NCBI RefSeq assembly: GCF_006345805.1
Contig: NC_043001.1
Location: 37,510,001-37,574,000, forward strand
Source of the DNA: Octopus sinensis
Lineage: Eukaryota
DNA: 64,000 nt
Direction of reading: 5' to 3'
The translations under genes and the position numbers were made by a program. The notes below the pieces were generated by a model. It saw only the letters and a list, made by a program, of their open reading frames with translations, did not search any database and was not told where the DNA came from. This document shows, in pieces, positions 1 through 11,850 of this stretch (positions are counted from its first letter, which is position 1; each line of letters starts with the position of its first letter).

Positions 1-1699
1 CATCAATCCCTACCAAGTAGGTGGCTTTTATCCTTAACCGCAAGTCTTCTAAATTTATCATCTGCAGAGCAAAATATCCTTTTGTGTATTACACTACCAG
101 CAAGCTCTACTCAATTCCAAACTGCAGCTGGTTTTGGTTACTTAGTCATCAACTTTACGGAATCTTTCTTTCTGCCGCTCCTGAATATCATAGCTTTGTG
201 AATAATACTCATACAGAGAAAGTATCTACATTTGCTGCCTGATTTGCATCCAACTCCACACTGTATTCTCTTAGCAAAACTCCTCCAAAACATTTCTTCT
301 TCATATCACAAATCTAATCACCATATACATATACACACTCTGTGCCATACCACTTCTGATTACTTTAAACCAACAAGACTAGCAGCCTTCAATTATTTTT
401 TCCTCTACCCTCAAATAGTATACTTCTATCCTCATCAAAATGTTCTCTCTCTCTCTCTCTCTCTTGGAATTTACCACGGTCTTTGGAAACATCAACAGTG
501 TCACCTTCCCAAGAAGAGCAGCTACTGGGATTCCTACACTATCTGCCTATCACTCTCACTTTCAACAATTACCTTCTCAAAAACATATTGGTCATTAACA
601 TTGAGCTAAAGTAAAATTTAAATAAAAAATAAATTAAAGAGACTGGTATATACATGAGAAGAAGTGAATTTTTAAATTGTTTTATTTATTGGTTTGGTTT
701 GGAGGAAAGAGTTGTCCCTTTAGCTTTCTGATCAGATCGACTAAAGAGAATTTGAAATCATGTGTTGATATGTTGCATTTGATCAAGTCAGATTGACTAA
801 TTAATAAACAGAGACACTATGAACTTTCCCTTTAATCCTATTTGCAGTAAATAATATCAAAGTACATCATACAAAATATCTTGTAGATATTGAAAGAAAA
901 AGAGAATCAGTGCACAGACTGTCAGACACTTAAGTCACAATGGTTTGATACTGTTAAGAATAATAAAAGAATAAATTTAGAAGTGCATAAGTTTCTCTTT
1001 AATATTAGTTTCAAATTTTGGCACAAGGCCAGCAGGTTTGAGGAAGAGGCTAAATCGATTATATTGACCCCGGATGAAAGGCAAAGTTGACCTCAGTAGC
1101 ATTTGAACTCAGAACATAAAGATGGATGAGATACTGCTAAGAATTTTACTCAGCTTGCTAACAATTTTGCCAGCTTGCATCCTTGTTTCTCTTTAATATT
1201 AATATAAACTCTCATGAAAGTTTGAAGTTTGCTTGCTTGTGATCTGCTCACTCAATTCCGTCTGCAATACTATGCCGGAAATCTTGCTTTCTTATCTTCC
1301 CTGCCACATTTCCTCCATCTCTGTCAGCAATCTGTCAACAACAATAATAAAAATGCAGCAGACACCCATAAAACTGGTTATGTTAATGACATTAAGAATG
1401 CTTATTATTTATTGATAATAACAATAAACTACACCTATTTGTGGCTGATGCATGAAAAATGTGTGTAAATCTACCAATTGCCGGCAAGCTATGGCACAAT
1501 TCTTACTCCTCATGAGTGCAGATATCGTCAGACAGATATCAACAAACAGTCTTCCTACAGAAGATACACCCCCATCTTCCTATAAATTCTAAAGCTTTAA
1601 GGCTATAGGCATAAACATAAGCATATTTGGTGAAAGAGGCAAGGTGGAAAGGATCTTCATCAAAACTTCTGACAGGTATACAAATTCTGTTGGGTGAGT

Positions 1700-2060
1700 A
1701 ATAGTGCCAACAGAGGCGGAACAAGCGTATTGTTAGCTGAAAAATGGATGCAAAAAGTAATGGAGGTAGTCAAAGTGTGCTGTAGGAGGATAATTAAGAT
1801 GAGACTAGTTTGTTATAGGTAACTCAGTGGTGACTGTTATTCTATTACTGACAGTAAAAATAGGACTGTTTCTATGAGATCCTTTTGCAGACTGCTTCAA
1901 TGAAAGTTGACAGTAACTTCATTATTGTGACTGGTGACTTCAATGGCCACATTGGATGGCATATTGATGGCTTCCATGGCATACACTGAGGTTATGAATA
2001 TGATTCAAGAAAATGAGGAGAGTGTAAAACTTCTGGAGTTTTGTAACAATTTGCAACACA
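1700..2060 (+). mobile_element. RTE-type LINE endonuclease fragment
   Basis: IIVTGDFNGHIG motif at about 1921-1956. Confidence 0.6.
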
Positions 2061-2299
2061 TGAAATATAATTCATAAGATATAACATTATACAAGGCAGC
2101 CATGACCAAAATACATCACACCTATCCTAATATCTACATATGAAAGTTTACAATTGGTTATCAAAACTAATGTTGGCACCAAGTTGATTTGTGGACAATG
2201 AAAGAGTTTTTTCTGAGTAGTTCTGGATGTTGTTATCTTAAAAATTCCAAAAAAAGAAAGGTAGTGGGTTCTGTATAGGTGGTCATAGCCTTTAACCTA

Positions 2300-2800
2300 A
2301 GCTAATCTTTGCAAATGATATTTCCACTATCAAGAATGGTACTGCTAGCCTTTAAGATGTTATTAATCATTTAGATGTAAGTGAAAAAGAAGCGGATCTC
2401 CAAATTAATCTTGAGATATCCAAATGCATAACATGTAAGACAGTCAAAGCAAGGCATACCACTTTATAGTAGACTACAAAGCAAGTAGAAGAATTTGTCC
2501 ATGTAGGGCATAACCTATCAGCTTCAAATAATAATGAAGTTGCTTTCAACCGAAAAATTGCATTAGCATGGGTAACTCTTTCTAAAAAAAAAGAACACCC
2601 TTTGAAATTAGATAGAATACTAATTAAAACCAGAACTGAAATACATAAAATTTACTTTGACCTACTATCAATGTATAGATTACATGGTTTGAGAAAATAT
2701 CTTCATAATTGAAGTATTTCAAAACCATGTTGTGAGATTTATTACTAACAAGCCATTTTTAGTCAATTTAAAAAACACACCTCAGAAAAAAAAAGCTGTT
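2300..2800 (+). mobile_element. Degraded LINE RT C-terminal fragment
   Basis: L.IN....K and KQVEEFVHVG motifs; many stops. Confidence 0.45.
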
Positions 2801-3377
2801 TGGTTACATCAAGTGTTCAATCTGTGATCCTTGTAAATTCTTTCTGAAGTTATGAAGAGAAATAGGGGATGTCCTAATGACATAGTGAGAGAGACAAGAT
2901 ATATCAATCATAGGCAGAACTGTCCTGAGTGACGCTTTTATGGAGGCAACACTTTTGCATATGCTCTACAAGCTTTGGAGTCGGAGGTAGGAGTGAGGGT
3001 GACAGTCTGTAGGGCTGCCTCGGGGTGGCACACACGTTACACTACTGGACGGAACTCAAAGCAATGACATTCACACAGATGTATGGAAATATGGTCCTGA
3101 CGTTTCATAACTGCTACAAGTGTATATAACAATTAATGTACTAGAAAATCATGAAAAAAAAAAAGAAATTAAGGCACAGGCGTGACTGTGTGGTAAGAAG
3201 TTTGTTTACCAACTACATGGTTCAGGTTTCAGTCCCACTGCGTGGCACCTTGGACAAGTGTCTTCTACCTAGGCCTCATGCCAACCAAAGCCTTGTGAGT
3301 AGATTTGGTAGGCGGAAACTGAAAGAAGCATGTCGTTTGTGTGTGCATCTATGTATGTATGTATGTTTGTGTGTATA

Positions 3378-3882
3378 ATGGTATTCCTTCGTTTTGACTC
3401 GAAAAATCATAATAAAGAACTCGGTAATTTTCGCGAGCATGTGATGTCGTCAACTGTCAGTTGACGAAATGGGAGAGAAACTAATAGGTTGTACGTGCGT
3501 GCGTACTTGTTCCTGTGTGTTGCGTGTATGCTTGTTCCTGTGTGTGTGTGTGCGTGCGTGCTTGTTCTTATTTGTGTGTATGCGTGTGCGTGCTCGTTCC
3601 TCTGCCGCACGCGCGCGTGTGTGCTTGCTCTGTTTTTATATGTTGTTGAATGTAGATATAACGAAATTATGCCAACAATGTCGCATTTTAAACAAGCACG
3701 CACACACACACACAGAGGAACAAGCGCGCTCACACACATACACACACAGACAAACAAGAATAATCACGCGCGCGTGTTTCTCTTCCCATTTCGTCAACTG
3801 ACAGTTGACAAGACAGCACGTGCTCTCGGAAATGACCGGGTTCTTTGTTGTGATTTCTCGAGTCAAAACGAAGGAATACCAT
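3378..3882. mobile_element. MITE/foldback element with about 105-bp TIRs inserted into a SINE microsatellite
   Basis: ATGGTATTCCTTCGTTTTGACTCG...GAGAAAC (3378-3481) is inverted at 3776-3882. It splits the SINE head (3172-3335) from its tail (3890-4113). Confidence 0.8.
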
Positions 3883-4130
3883 ATATGTGTGTGCGTGTTC
3901 TTGTGCGCCTTTATCAACAAACTCCGCTTGACAACTCGTGTTGAAGTGTTTGCATCCCCGTAATATAGCAGTTCGTCAAAAGTAGCCGATAGAATGAATA
4001 AGTGCCAGACTCACGAAAAGAAAATTAGTACTGGGGTCGATTCGTTGGACTAAAATTCTTCAAGGAGGTGCCCTAGATGGCTGCAGTCTAATGACTGAAA
4101 CAAGTAAAAGAATATAAGACTATTCAATAT

Positions 4131-4355
4131 ATTTCTTTACTACCCACAAGGGGCTAAACACAGAGAGGACAAACAAGGACAGACAGAGGGATTAAGTCGA
4201 TTACATCGACCCCAGTGCGTAACTGGTACTTAATTTATCGACCCCGAAAGGATAAAAGGCAAAGTCGACCACGGCGGAATTTGAACTCAGAACGTAACGG
4301 CAGACGAAATACGGCTACGCATTTCGTCCGGCGTGCTAACGTTTCTGCCAGCTCG
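4131..4355 (-). mobile_element. tRNA-derived SINE family B
   Basis: Head GGCGAGCTGGCAG..GAGTTCAAAT and GTCGACTTTGCCTTT..GGGGTCGATAAA block. Copies at about 1005-1160, 5735-5945, 5990-6125, 11670-11850, 15230-15442, 39643-39860, 50541-50920, 56218-56392. Confidence 0.8.
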
Positions 4356-4589
4356 TCTATAAGGCTATTCAATAGCATTAGTATAGTCAGTAAAGTAGCA
4401 AAGGTCTAAGGGAGATAATTCCGACAAGGTTTATCAGAGTGACGTGGTTCGTCATGGCATAGTGACGTGTGGGGAAAACAAAGAAAAAAATTACTGGGAC
4501 ATTTTGCGTGCAAAGTTTCTTTTATTTTTAAAGTCAAAAATTTAGACGAAAAAGAAAACTTTCGCTTTTCGTCTTTATCAATCGTACTT

Positions 4590-4885
4590 TTGTATAATAT
4601 TACGGAGATGTACTTGCATAGCAAGTGATTTGATCTGAGATCGTGTGCTGAAACGAAAACAATTGCAGTGTGGAAGGTGTTTGTAAGCCATTTAAGAAAC
4701 ACACAAAAGCCGTTCGATTCCCTTCAACATTTAAGTTTAATTTGTCAAAATATTTTCGTCGCTTTAAGACCGCGACCTGTTCACTGACAACAATCCGTGC
4801 TGCATCTGAGAAAGTAACAGTTAGTTCGTTATATATATGTACATACATACATACATACACACACCTTCCACGCTGCAATTGTTTT
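4590..4885 (-). mobile_element. Short Penelope-type pLTR-like repeat carrying the G3-C8 hammerhead, with inverted partial copy
   Basis: Near-identical to 40310-40493 in the opposite orientation. 4656-4680 is inverted relative to 4861-4885 (1 mismatch). Confidence 0.6.
4742..4790 (-). ncRNA. Type I hammerhead ribozyme fold with G3-C8 swapped core
   Basis: Minus strand: UUGUCA-GUGAACA-G-GUCGC(GGUCUUAAA)GCGAC-GAAA-AUAU-UU-UGACAA. Perfect 6-bp stem I, 5-bp stem II, palindromic AAUAUU stem III. Confidence 0.7.
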
Positions 4886-5151
4886 GTATAATAAAATTAT
4901 AAATAATGCATTTAAGCATTAGAGTAGATTTTCTAAAAGCTTAAAATTATATCTAAAACACCATGATACATCTGAAAATCCGTTGCGGTACACTGTTTGA
5001 AGGCTACCATCTTAAATGAAGCTGGGAAGAAAGGTACAACAAGAATTAGGCTTAAAAAAAAAAAAAATTTTAAACGAAAAAAATTTCGTGCTAGGAAGGA
5101 ATCTCAAAATATATTCACTTGAAATATTCACTAACGCTCATAGATTTATAG

Positions 5152-5644
5152 CTTTTTTTTTTATATGCCCTTTTCAAGCCTAGCCAGGCTCATAGGCCCG
5201 GTTTCCCAGTTTCTACGGCGTATGTTCCCCCCCCCCAGCTGGACGGGACGCCAGTCCATCGCAGCGTTACTCAAGAAACAGGAAGAAAGAGTGAGAGAAA
5301 GTTGGGGCGAAAGAGTACAACAGGGGTCGCCACCACCCCTGCCGGTGCCTCATGGAGCTTTAGGTGTTTTCACTCAATAAACACACACAACGCCCTGTCT
5401 GGGCCCTTTTAAAGCCTAGACAGGTTCATGGGCCCGGGTTCCCGGTTTCAATGGCGTATGTGTTCCCCAGCTGCACGGGACGCCAGTCCATCGCAGCGTT
5501 ACTCATTTTTGCCAGCTGAGTGGACTGCAGCAACGAGAAATGTGTTTTGCTCAAGAACACAACGTGTCGCCCGGTGCATGAATCGAAACCACAATCTTGC
5601 GATCATAATGCTGAGACCCTAACCACTAATCCACGCGCCTCCAC
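5152..5644 (-). mobile_element. Dimeric tRNA-derived SINE (family D) with A-tail and 10-bp TSD
   Basis: AGATTTATAG at 5142-5151 and 5645-5654. Two related bodies in tandem. Related copies at about 47870-48045 and 60247-60540. Confidence 0.7.
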
Positions 5645-6184
5645 AGATTTATAGTTATATTCGTTATAATATTCATGATTATTTCATCAAGAATCAAAAA
5701 CAGAAGATTGTTAGTAACAATATATAATATATTAAGGCGGCGAGCTGGCAAAATTGTTGCTGCGCTGGTCAAAATGCTTAACGGCATTTCGTCCGACTAT
5801 ACGTTCTGAATTCAAATGCCACCGGGGTCGACTTTACCTTTCATCCTTTCGCGGTTGATAAAATGATTACTAGTTGAGTACTGATGTCGATATAATCGAC
5901 TTATCCCTTCCTTTGCTGGCCTTGTGCCAAAATTCAAAACCAATAATATATACTATTTTAAAATAAAGTAGCAATCACAATTATAATTCTTTCCAATTTT
6001 GGCACAAGGCCAGCGATTTTGAGAGGAGGAGGCAAGTCGATTACATCATCCCCAGTGCTCAACCGGAACTTATTTTATCGACCCCGAAAGGATGAGAGCA
6101 AAACTGACCTCGGCAGAGTTTAAACTAACTTTTACAAATCTTGAGGTAATTGAGCCTCACCAAAGTTTTTTATACTTAGGAATT

Positions 6185-6581
6185 AGGCGCAGGAGTGGCT
6201 GTGTGGTAAGTAGCTTGTTTAACCAACCACATGGTTCCGGGTTCAGTCCCACTGCGTGGCATCTTGGCCTTGGGCCGACCAAGGCCTTGTGGGTGGATTT
6301 GGTAGACGGAAACTGAAAGAAGCCCGTCGTATATATATGTATATATATATATATATATATGCGTGTGTGTGTCTGTGTTTGTCCCCCTAGCATTGCTTGA
6401 CAACCGATGCTGGTGTGTTTATGTCTCCGTTACTTAGCCGTTCGGCAAAAGAGACCGATAGAATAAGTACCGGGCTTACAAAAGAATAAGTCCCGGGGCC
6501 GAGTTGCTCGATTAAAGGCGGTGCTCCAGCATGGCCGCAGTTAAATGACTGAAACGAGTAAAGGAGTAAAAGAGTAAAGAG
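6185..6581 (+). mobile_element. tRNA-derived SINE family A (CORE-like block, internal TA/TG microsatellite)
   Basis: A/B-box-like head GGAGTGGCTGTGTGGTAAG..GGTTCAGTCCC. Other copies at about 3172-4113, 15608-15835, 22993-23350, 38207-38590, 40735-40885, 43413-43813, 44318-44690, 45767-46164, 52935-53095, 55771-56149, 56803-57264. Confidence 0.85.
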
Positions 6582-7384
6582 TTGTCGACTCCTAAGCTAT
6601 TGCATTTTCTCAGAGTTAGTCCCTCTTATAGATTATCGTCGTCTTTCCAATGCTTTAGCAACCTAATCTTCAGGAAGCTCGAATGTTTGCGACCAGGCTA
6701 CTTTGCCCAAACGGTTTGGGGATCCAGGTCTGCGCAAGTGCTCGTCTCTACCTCTTCTCTCTTTTCTTTCTTCCGTCCACATCTGCACCCATTTAGATGA
6801 CAACACCTCCTACTCTCTAACATGGACTAGTTCCAACAGGAAGATGGATGGAGCTCTGTTAAAGTGGAAGCTTGTCAGTTCTTGTTACAGTTGAGGACAG
6901 ACGGAAGCAGAGAGTATGGGACAATCTGCGTTCAGGTGCCAGGTGCCACTTTCAACTCTCACCTTGATCAATCTGATCAATTTTCAAGGTGTTGCATACT
7001 TTCTACTAGTGCAAAATTCTCCGGGGACTGGATTGAACCCTGCCTGTGGCCAACATTGGAAGTCTACAGTCTAGATGAGCTCTGCATCTCTATCACACTC
7101 GGAGTGGGAGCTGACGTCTGTGGGGGACTGAGATGTCGCTGTGGTTGGCTCCTCCACTCCACAGGTCTTCACGGTCTGTCTTGCTGCCTAAATACTTGTA
7201 GTGACGCGATCTTGGAAATCTCCAGCACGCATGCGCAGGGTTGGAATCTTCCGGAAGGCTTGCCGGAAGTTCCTTCATGCGCGTGCGCAGAAAACTAGCA
7301 GCAGCGAAATTCTCTTGTATCTCTCTCTTGGACGCTAGCAGCTGAACGATACAGACGTGTCTCTAGCAGCTCTCTCGAGCTGCT

Positions 7385-9395
7385 ACCTCGTGGGCATCTC
7401 CCCTTCATTTAGTGCGGAAAGGGGATACTGATTTTCGCTCGGTAGGGGACTATAGGCGTCTCGACGCAGTAACGGTTCCTGACCGCTATCCAATCAGAAA
7501 TTTCAGGATTTTTCGGCGCATCTTCATGGCTGTACCATTTTTTCAAAAGTTGACCTCATTCGTGCTTATCACCAGATACTGGTCAACCCAGCCGATGTTC
7601 CGAAGACTGCTATTACCACTCCTTTAGGGTGCTTTGAATTTCTCTTTATGAGTTTTGGTTTGCGGAACGCTACCAGCACGTTCCAGCGTTTCATTGATGA
7701 AGTCCGCGGTCGTGATTTCGTGTTTGCTTATGTTGATGATATACTCATTGCGAGCGACACCCGTGAAAATCATCTCCGGCACTTGTTTTAGCCCTTTCAG
7801 CGTCTTCGCGCGTTAATCCAGACAAGTGTGTGTTCGGGCAATCTTCTCTTGACTTTCTCGGCCATCAAACCTCTCTCGCCTAAAGTAGATGCAATTCAGT
7901 GCATCGCACCTCCTACTTTCTTGCGCCAGCTCAGGCATTATCTAGGGATGGTCAATTTCTATAGACGTTTCATTCCCGGTTGTGCAGATAAGCTACTTCC
8001 TCTCACCAAGCTATTAAAGGACACCCCTAGAAAGGACGATCAAGTCACCCTCTCCGTTGAGGCACTGACAGCTTTTGAGTCCATCAAGAAGGAGTTAGCT
8101 TCTGTTCCTTTGCTTGCACATCCGGTTCCTGGTGCTTCACTCTCTTTAACTGTAGATGCATCGGACACTGCGATTGATGCTGTGCTGCAACACAGTGGAC
8201 GATCAGACTCTAGCTTTCTTTTCTTGCCAACTGCAACCAGCTGAGTAACGATACAGCACTTTTGATCCTGAGCTCCTAGCGGTCTATCTATCGGTTCATC
8301 ATTTCCAGCATCAAATCGAAGGTCGAGATTTTGTGATTTATACTGACGTATAAATATAAATATACTGACGTATAAATATAAAGCCTGTTACGTTTGCCCT
8401 GTCATCTAAAACGGACAAAATCTCACCTCGTGCTTTCCGTCACTTGGATTTTATTTCACAATTTACCAGTGACATACGTCATATACCTGGGAAAGAGAAC
8501 TTCCTGCTGACGCTCTCTCTCGCCTTCCAGTCTGTTCTCTTTCTTCTCCTGCTGTAATTGACTTAACTGCCATTTCGCAGGAGCAACCACCTTTGGCGAC
8601 GTTAGACTTAACTTCGCCTAAGTTCTCCTGTTGCCAGTTTGCCTATCTTCCGCTTCCATCAGCTGAAGCTACTTCCACTGGTTTTCCCAGGCTACTCGTG
8701 CCTGAGAATCATCAACGCTCAGTGTTTGAGGCACTGCACTCTTTATCACATCCTGGCATCGCTGCTACCCTTAAGCTTATCACTGCTCGGTTTTTCTGGC
8801 CGAATATGTGTCGCACAATTACCTCTTGGACACGCACTTGCTCCAAGTGCCAACGGTCCAAGATTCAATGGCACATTCGAGCCCCGCTTGGACACTTTCC
8901 TCCCAAGAAGGCCCGTTTTCGCCACGTCCACATTGATCTGGTTGGACCATGGCCTGTGAGTCGCGGATTCTCTCATCTTTTAACCTGTGTCGATCGCTTC
9001 TCTCGTTGGCCAGAAGCCATTCCGATAGCAGATATTTCTGCTGAATCTGTTGCTAGAGCCTTTTTTTCTAACTGGATTTCCCGTTTCTGAGTTCCATCCA
9101 GATTGACTACTGATCGTAGACGTCAGTTTGAAGCTTCGTTATTTCGTGAATTGTCGCGCATTCTAGGTGTGCATCATATTCACACTACCAGTTATCATCC
9201 AGCTTTTAACAGATTAGTTGAACTGTTCCATAGACAGCCCAAGGCCGCTCTACATGCCCCTGCAGATCCACTGTTTTGGACTGAATTTCTGCCAATTGTG
9301 CTTCTCGGTTGTCGTACTGCTGTCAAGGCAGACCTGGGTTTTTCTTCTGCAGAGCTACTATATGGTACCACACTGGCATTGCCTGGTACGATGTT
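7385..9395 (+). mobile_element. Ty3/Gypsy LTR retrotransposon pol remnant (RT, RNase H, integrase), pseudogenised
   Basis: [29 protein letters not shown] (about 7728-7740), [42 protein letters not shown]. Stops and frameshifts present; no LTR pair found. Confidence 0.92.
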
Positions 9396-9792
9396 GGGAA
9401 GCAAGCTTCTTACCACACGACCACGCCTTGGGCTCTTTTGATAAGCCGTGTCGATTTTTACAATTCTGTAAATAATAATGGTAATATTTAATGAGCTTGA
9501 AGCATATGAGCGATCACCATGTAATGACTAAAGGAAATAGCTTAATATTGGGGCATACGAGTCCTTGATGGAAAAAAGTAGTGTTGAGCATTTGTTGTAT
9601 TTCTTCTCTGACTGGCGATTAAGCGGTTTTCGTTTATTTGCATTATTATCTTCAAATCTGCTCACCTGGACTCCTCTTATACACACTCGTTACCCCCACG
9701 GACTTAGTCCTTGGTAAAGATTTCAGAGTGTAATTCCAAATCATTTGAGCGCACCTGATTTCTGTGTTGAGCATCTCTGAATCTCATCTGCT

Positions 9793-9796
<4 letters not shown>

Positions 9797-9878
<82 letters not shown>
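9797..9878. repeat. Perfect (TA)n microsatellite, about 80 bp
   Basis: Seen directly. Confidence 0.95.
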
Positions 9879-9880
<2 letters not shown>

Positions 9881-10200
9881 TCATCATCATCATCATCGTT
9901 TAACGTCCGTTTTACACGCTAGCATGGGTTGGACGGTTCGACCGGGGTCTGGAAGCCATGGAGGCTGTACCAGGCTCTAGTCTAATTTGACAGTGTTTCT
10001 ACAGCTGGATGCCCTTCCTAACGCCAACCACTCCGTGAGTGTAGTGGGTGTTTTTTGCGTACCACCAGCACAGGGGCCAGAGCAGGCTGGCAAATTGCCA
10101 CGATAGGTTGGTGCTTTTACGTGTCACCGACACGGACGCCAGCCAGGCGGCGTTGGCATCTGCCACCTTCAGACGGTGCTTTTTACGTATCACCGGTATG
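9879..10200 (-). mobile_element. Non-autonomous retroelement family C with (GAT)n tail and internal tandem units
   Basis: GGAAGGGCATCCAGCTGTAGAAAC..CCAACCCATGCTAGCATGG..AAACGATGATG. Copies at about 17455-17768, 28125-28635, 29015-29340, 30355-30541, 33257-33565, 35510-35970, 42355-42500, 57700-57905, 62700-62955. Confidence 0.8.
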
Positions 10201-10501
10201 GGTGTCTTAACTACAATTTCCATTTGAATTTTTATTTTGATGTTGATGTACTTGACTCAATAGGTCTCTTCAAGAACAGCGAGTCACTCTACGATCCAAG
10301 GTTAACACAGCAGGCTGTCCTGCGAGCCATGAACTCACTTCATTTGTCGGGTCTTCGAAGTCACAGCATATCTCCATATATATATATTCAGATGAATATA
10401 GTACTTAAGATGAAGTATCAGAATTTAATGTGGTATTATCCATACAATTTCAAAGTAAGGTGATTAAAATCAAAATAAGCAACAAGGATATCCAAAGGTA
10501 A

Positions 10502-10587
10502 TGCAGTACAATTGTTTCATGCAACTCCATTTAATTTAACAATGTAATCATTACATCAATTTAAATGCAGAGCAATCTTCAGTTGCA
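10502..10587 (-). ncRNA. Type I hammerhead ribozyme fold (long stem II)
   Basis: Minus strand: UGCAA-CUGAAGA-long imperfect hairpin-GAAA-CAAUUG-UA-CUGCA. Palindromic stem III ACAAUUGU, GUA site, one mismatch in stem I. Confidence 0.6.
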
Positions 10588-10619
10588 CAAAGATATAGAA
10601 TTTAATTAAATTAAAACAG

Positions 10620-10877
10620 ACGGTATTTCTCCTGCAGTTGCCACACCAGGAATATAGCATCAGTGGTGCTTCTACCTGGCACAAAAACAAACTGCATCTC
10701 ATCTAAGCAGACTCTCTTCCTAATTAGTTGGGTTATGACCCTCTCTGTGACCTTCATGACCTGATCCAGCAGTTTGATACCCCTGTACTTATTTCTGTCT
10801 AAAGCATCACTTTTACTCTTGTAGCTGTTGACTATGGTGCTGCTATGCCAGTCATTGGGTATGACATTTGTACTTTA
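10620..10877 (-). mobile_element. RTE LINE fragment
   Basis: Minus strand IPNDW...YRGIKLLDQVMKV.ER...LDEMQF..VPGRSTTDAIF. Confidence 0.75.
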
Positions 10878-11208
10878 TAATCTCTGACGAAGCCTAGAGA
10901 TATATACAAGTACTTCATGTTCATCTACATATTACCTCAATCCACTTGAGTAATAAAGGTAGAATGACGTATTTTTATCTATTGGCTGAAACAGCTGTAA
11001 GTTATTTTACCAATTTATATTCATGTTTTTTAATAATAATTACCGGTATCCTTATATATTAATATATTCTATATCTTATATGTAAAGAACAATATGTTGT
11101 ATGTATGTATGTTAGTGTAATTATCAGTTAATAAATAAATAAGTTAACATAATTTAATGTCTAAAACTTGATGAACCACCTATTGCTCTCCTCCATTTTC
11201 TTATTTGC
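10878..11208 (+). mobile_element. Hammerhead-bearing pLTR-like element (ribozyme 10878-11005)
   Basis: CTGACGA (10884-10890), about 95-nt stem II closed by AGCC/GGCT, then GAAA-CAGCTG-TA. Same family as 34332-34699. Confidence 0.65.
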
Positions 11209-11219
11209 TATATATACAT

Positions 11220-11251
<32 letters not shown>

Positions 11252-11409
11252 TGAAAAATTAGGAAAAATACAAATATGAATAGTTTGTGCATACATTTCA
11301 TCATCACAGTTATTTGGTACCCAGCATCGCATGTTTAGAGTGCATTTGGATGCTTAACTGCACTGGATCATCAAGGGAACACTTTATTGCATTCCGTTAC
11401 AGAGATCTA

Positions 11410-11442
<33 letters not shown>

Positions 11443-11850
11443 CACGTATATATGTGTGTCTTTGTATTTGTCCCCACCACTGCTTGACAAATGGTGTTGG
11501 TTTACTTACATCCCTTTACTATAGTGGCTCAGCAAAATAGACCGATAAAATTTTGAAACAGGCCTACTGAAGTCGATTTGTTTGATTAAAACCTTCACGG
11601 TAGTGACCCAACATGGCCACAATTCAATGACTAAAACAAATAAATGATAAGAGACGAGAATTACATTAAGTTATCTCTACTATAGGCACAAAACCAGCAA
11701 TGTTTTTGGAGGGGGAAAATCATTCATATTGACTCTTCATTACTTATTTTATCATATCCGATTTGATGAAATGAAAAGTCGTCCTTGCCGGAATTTGAAC
11801 TCAGAACGTAAAGAGCCAGAAAAATTGCCGCTAATCATTTTGTCTGACTT

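Noticed and set aside
6185-6260. tRNA genes
   Set aside because: tRNA-like SINE heads without a full cloverleaf, contiguous with SINE bodies
9606-9660. Minus-strand hammerhead-like remnant (UUGAAGA...GAAA-ACCGC-UUA)
   Set aside because: No credible stem II and an unpaired 3-8 position; too degenerate to call
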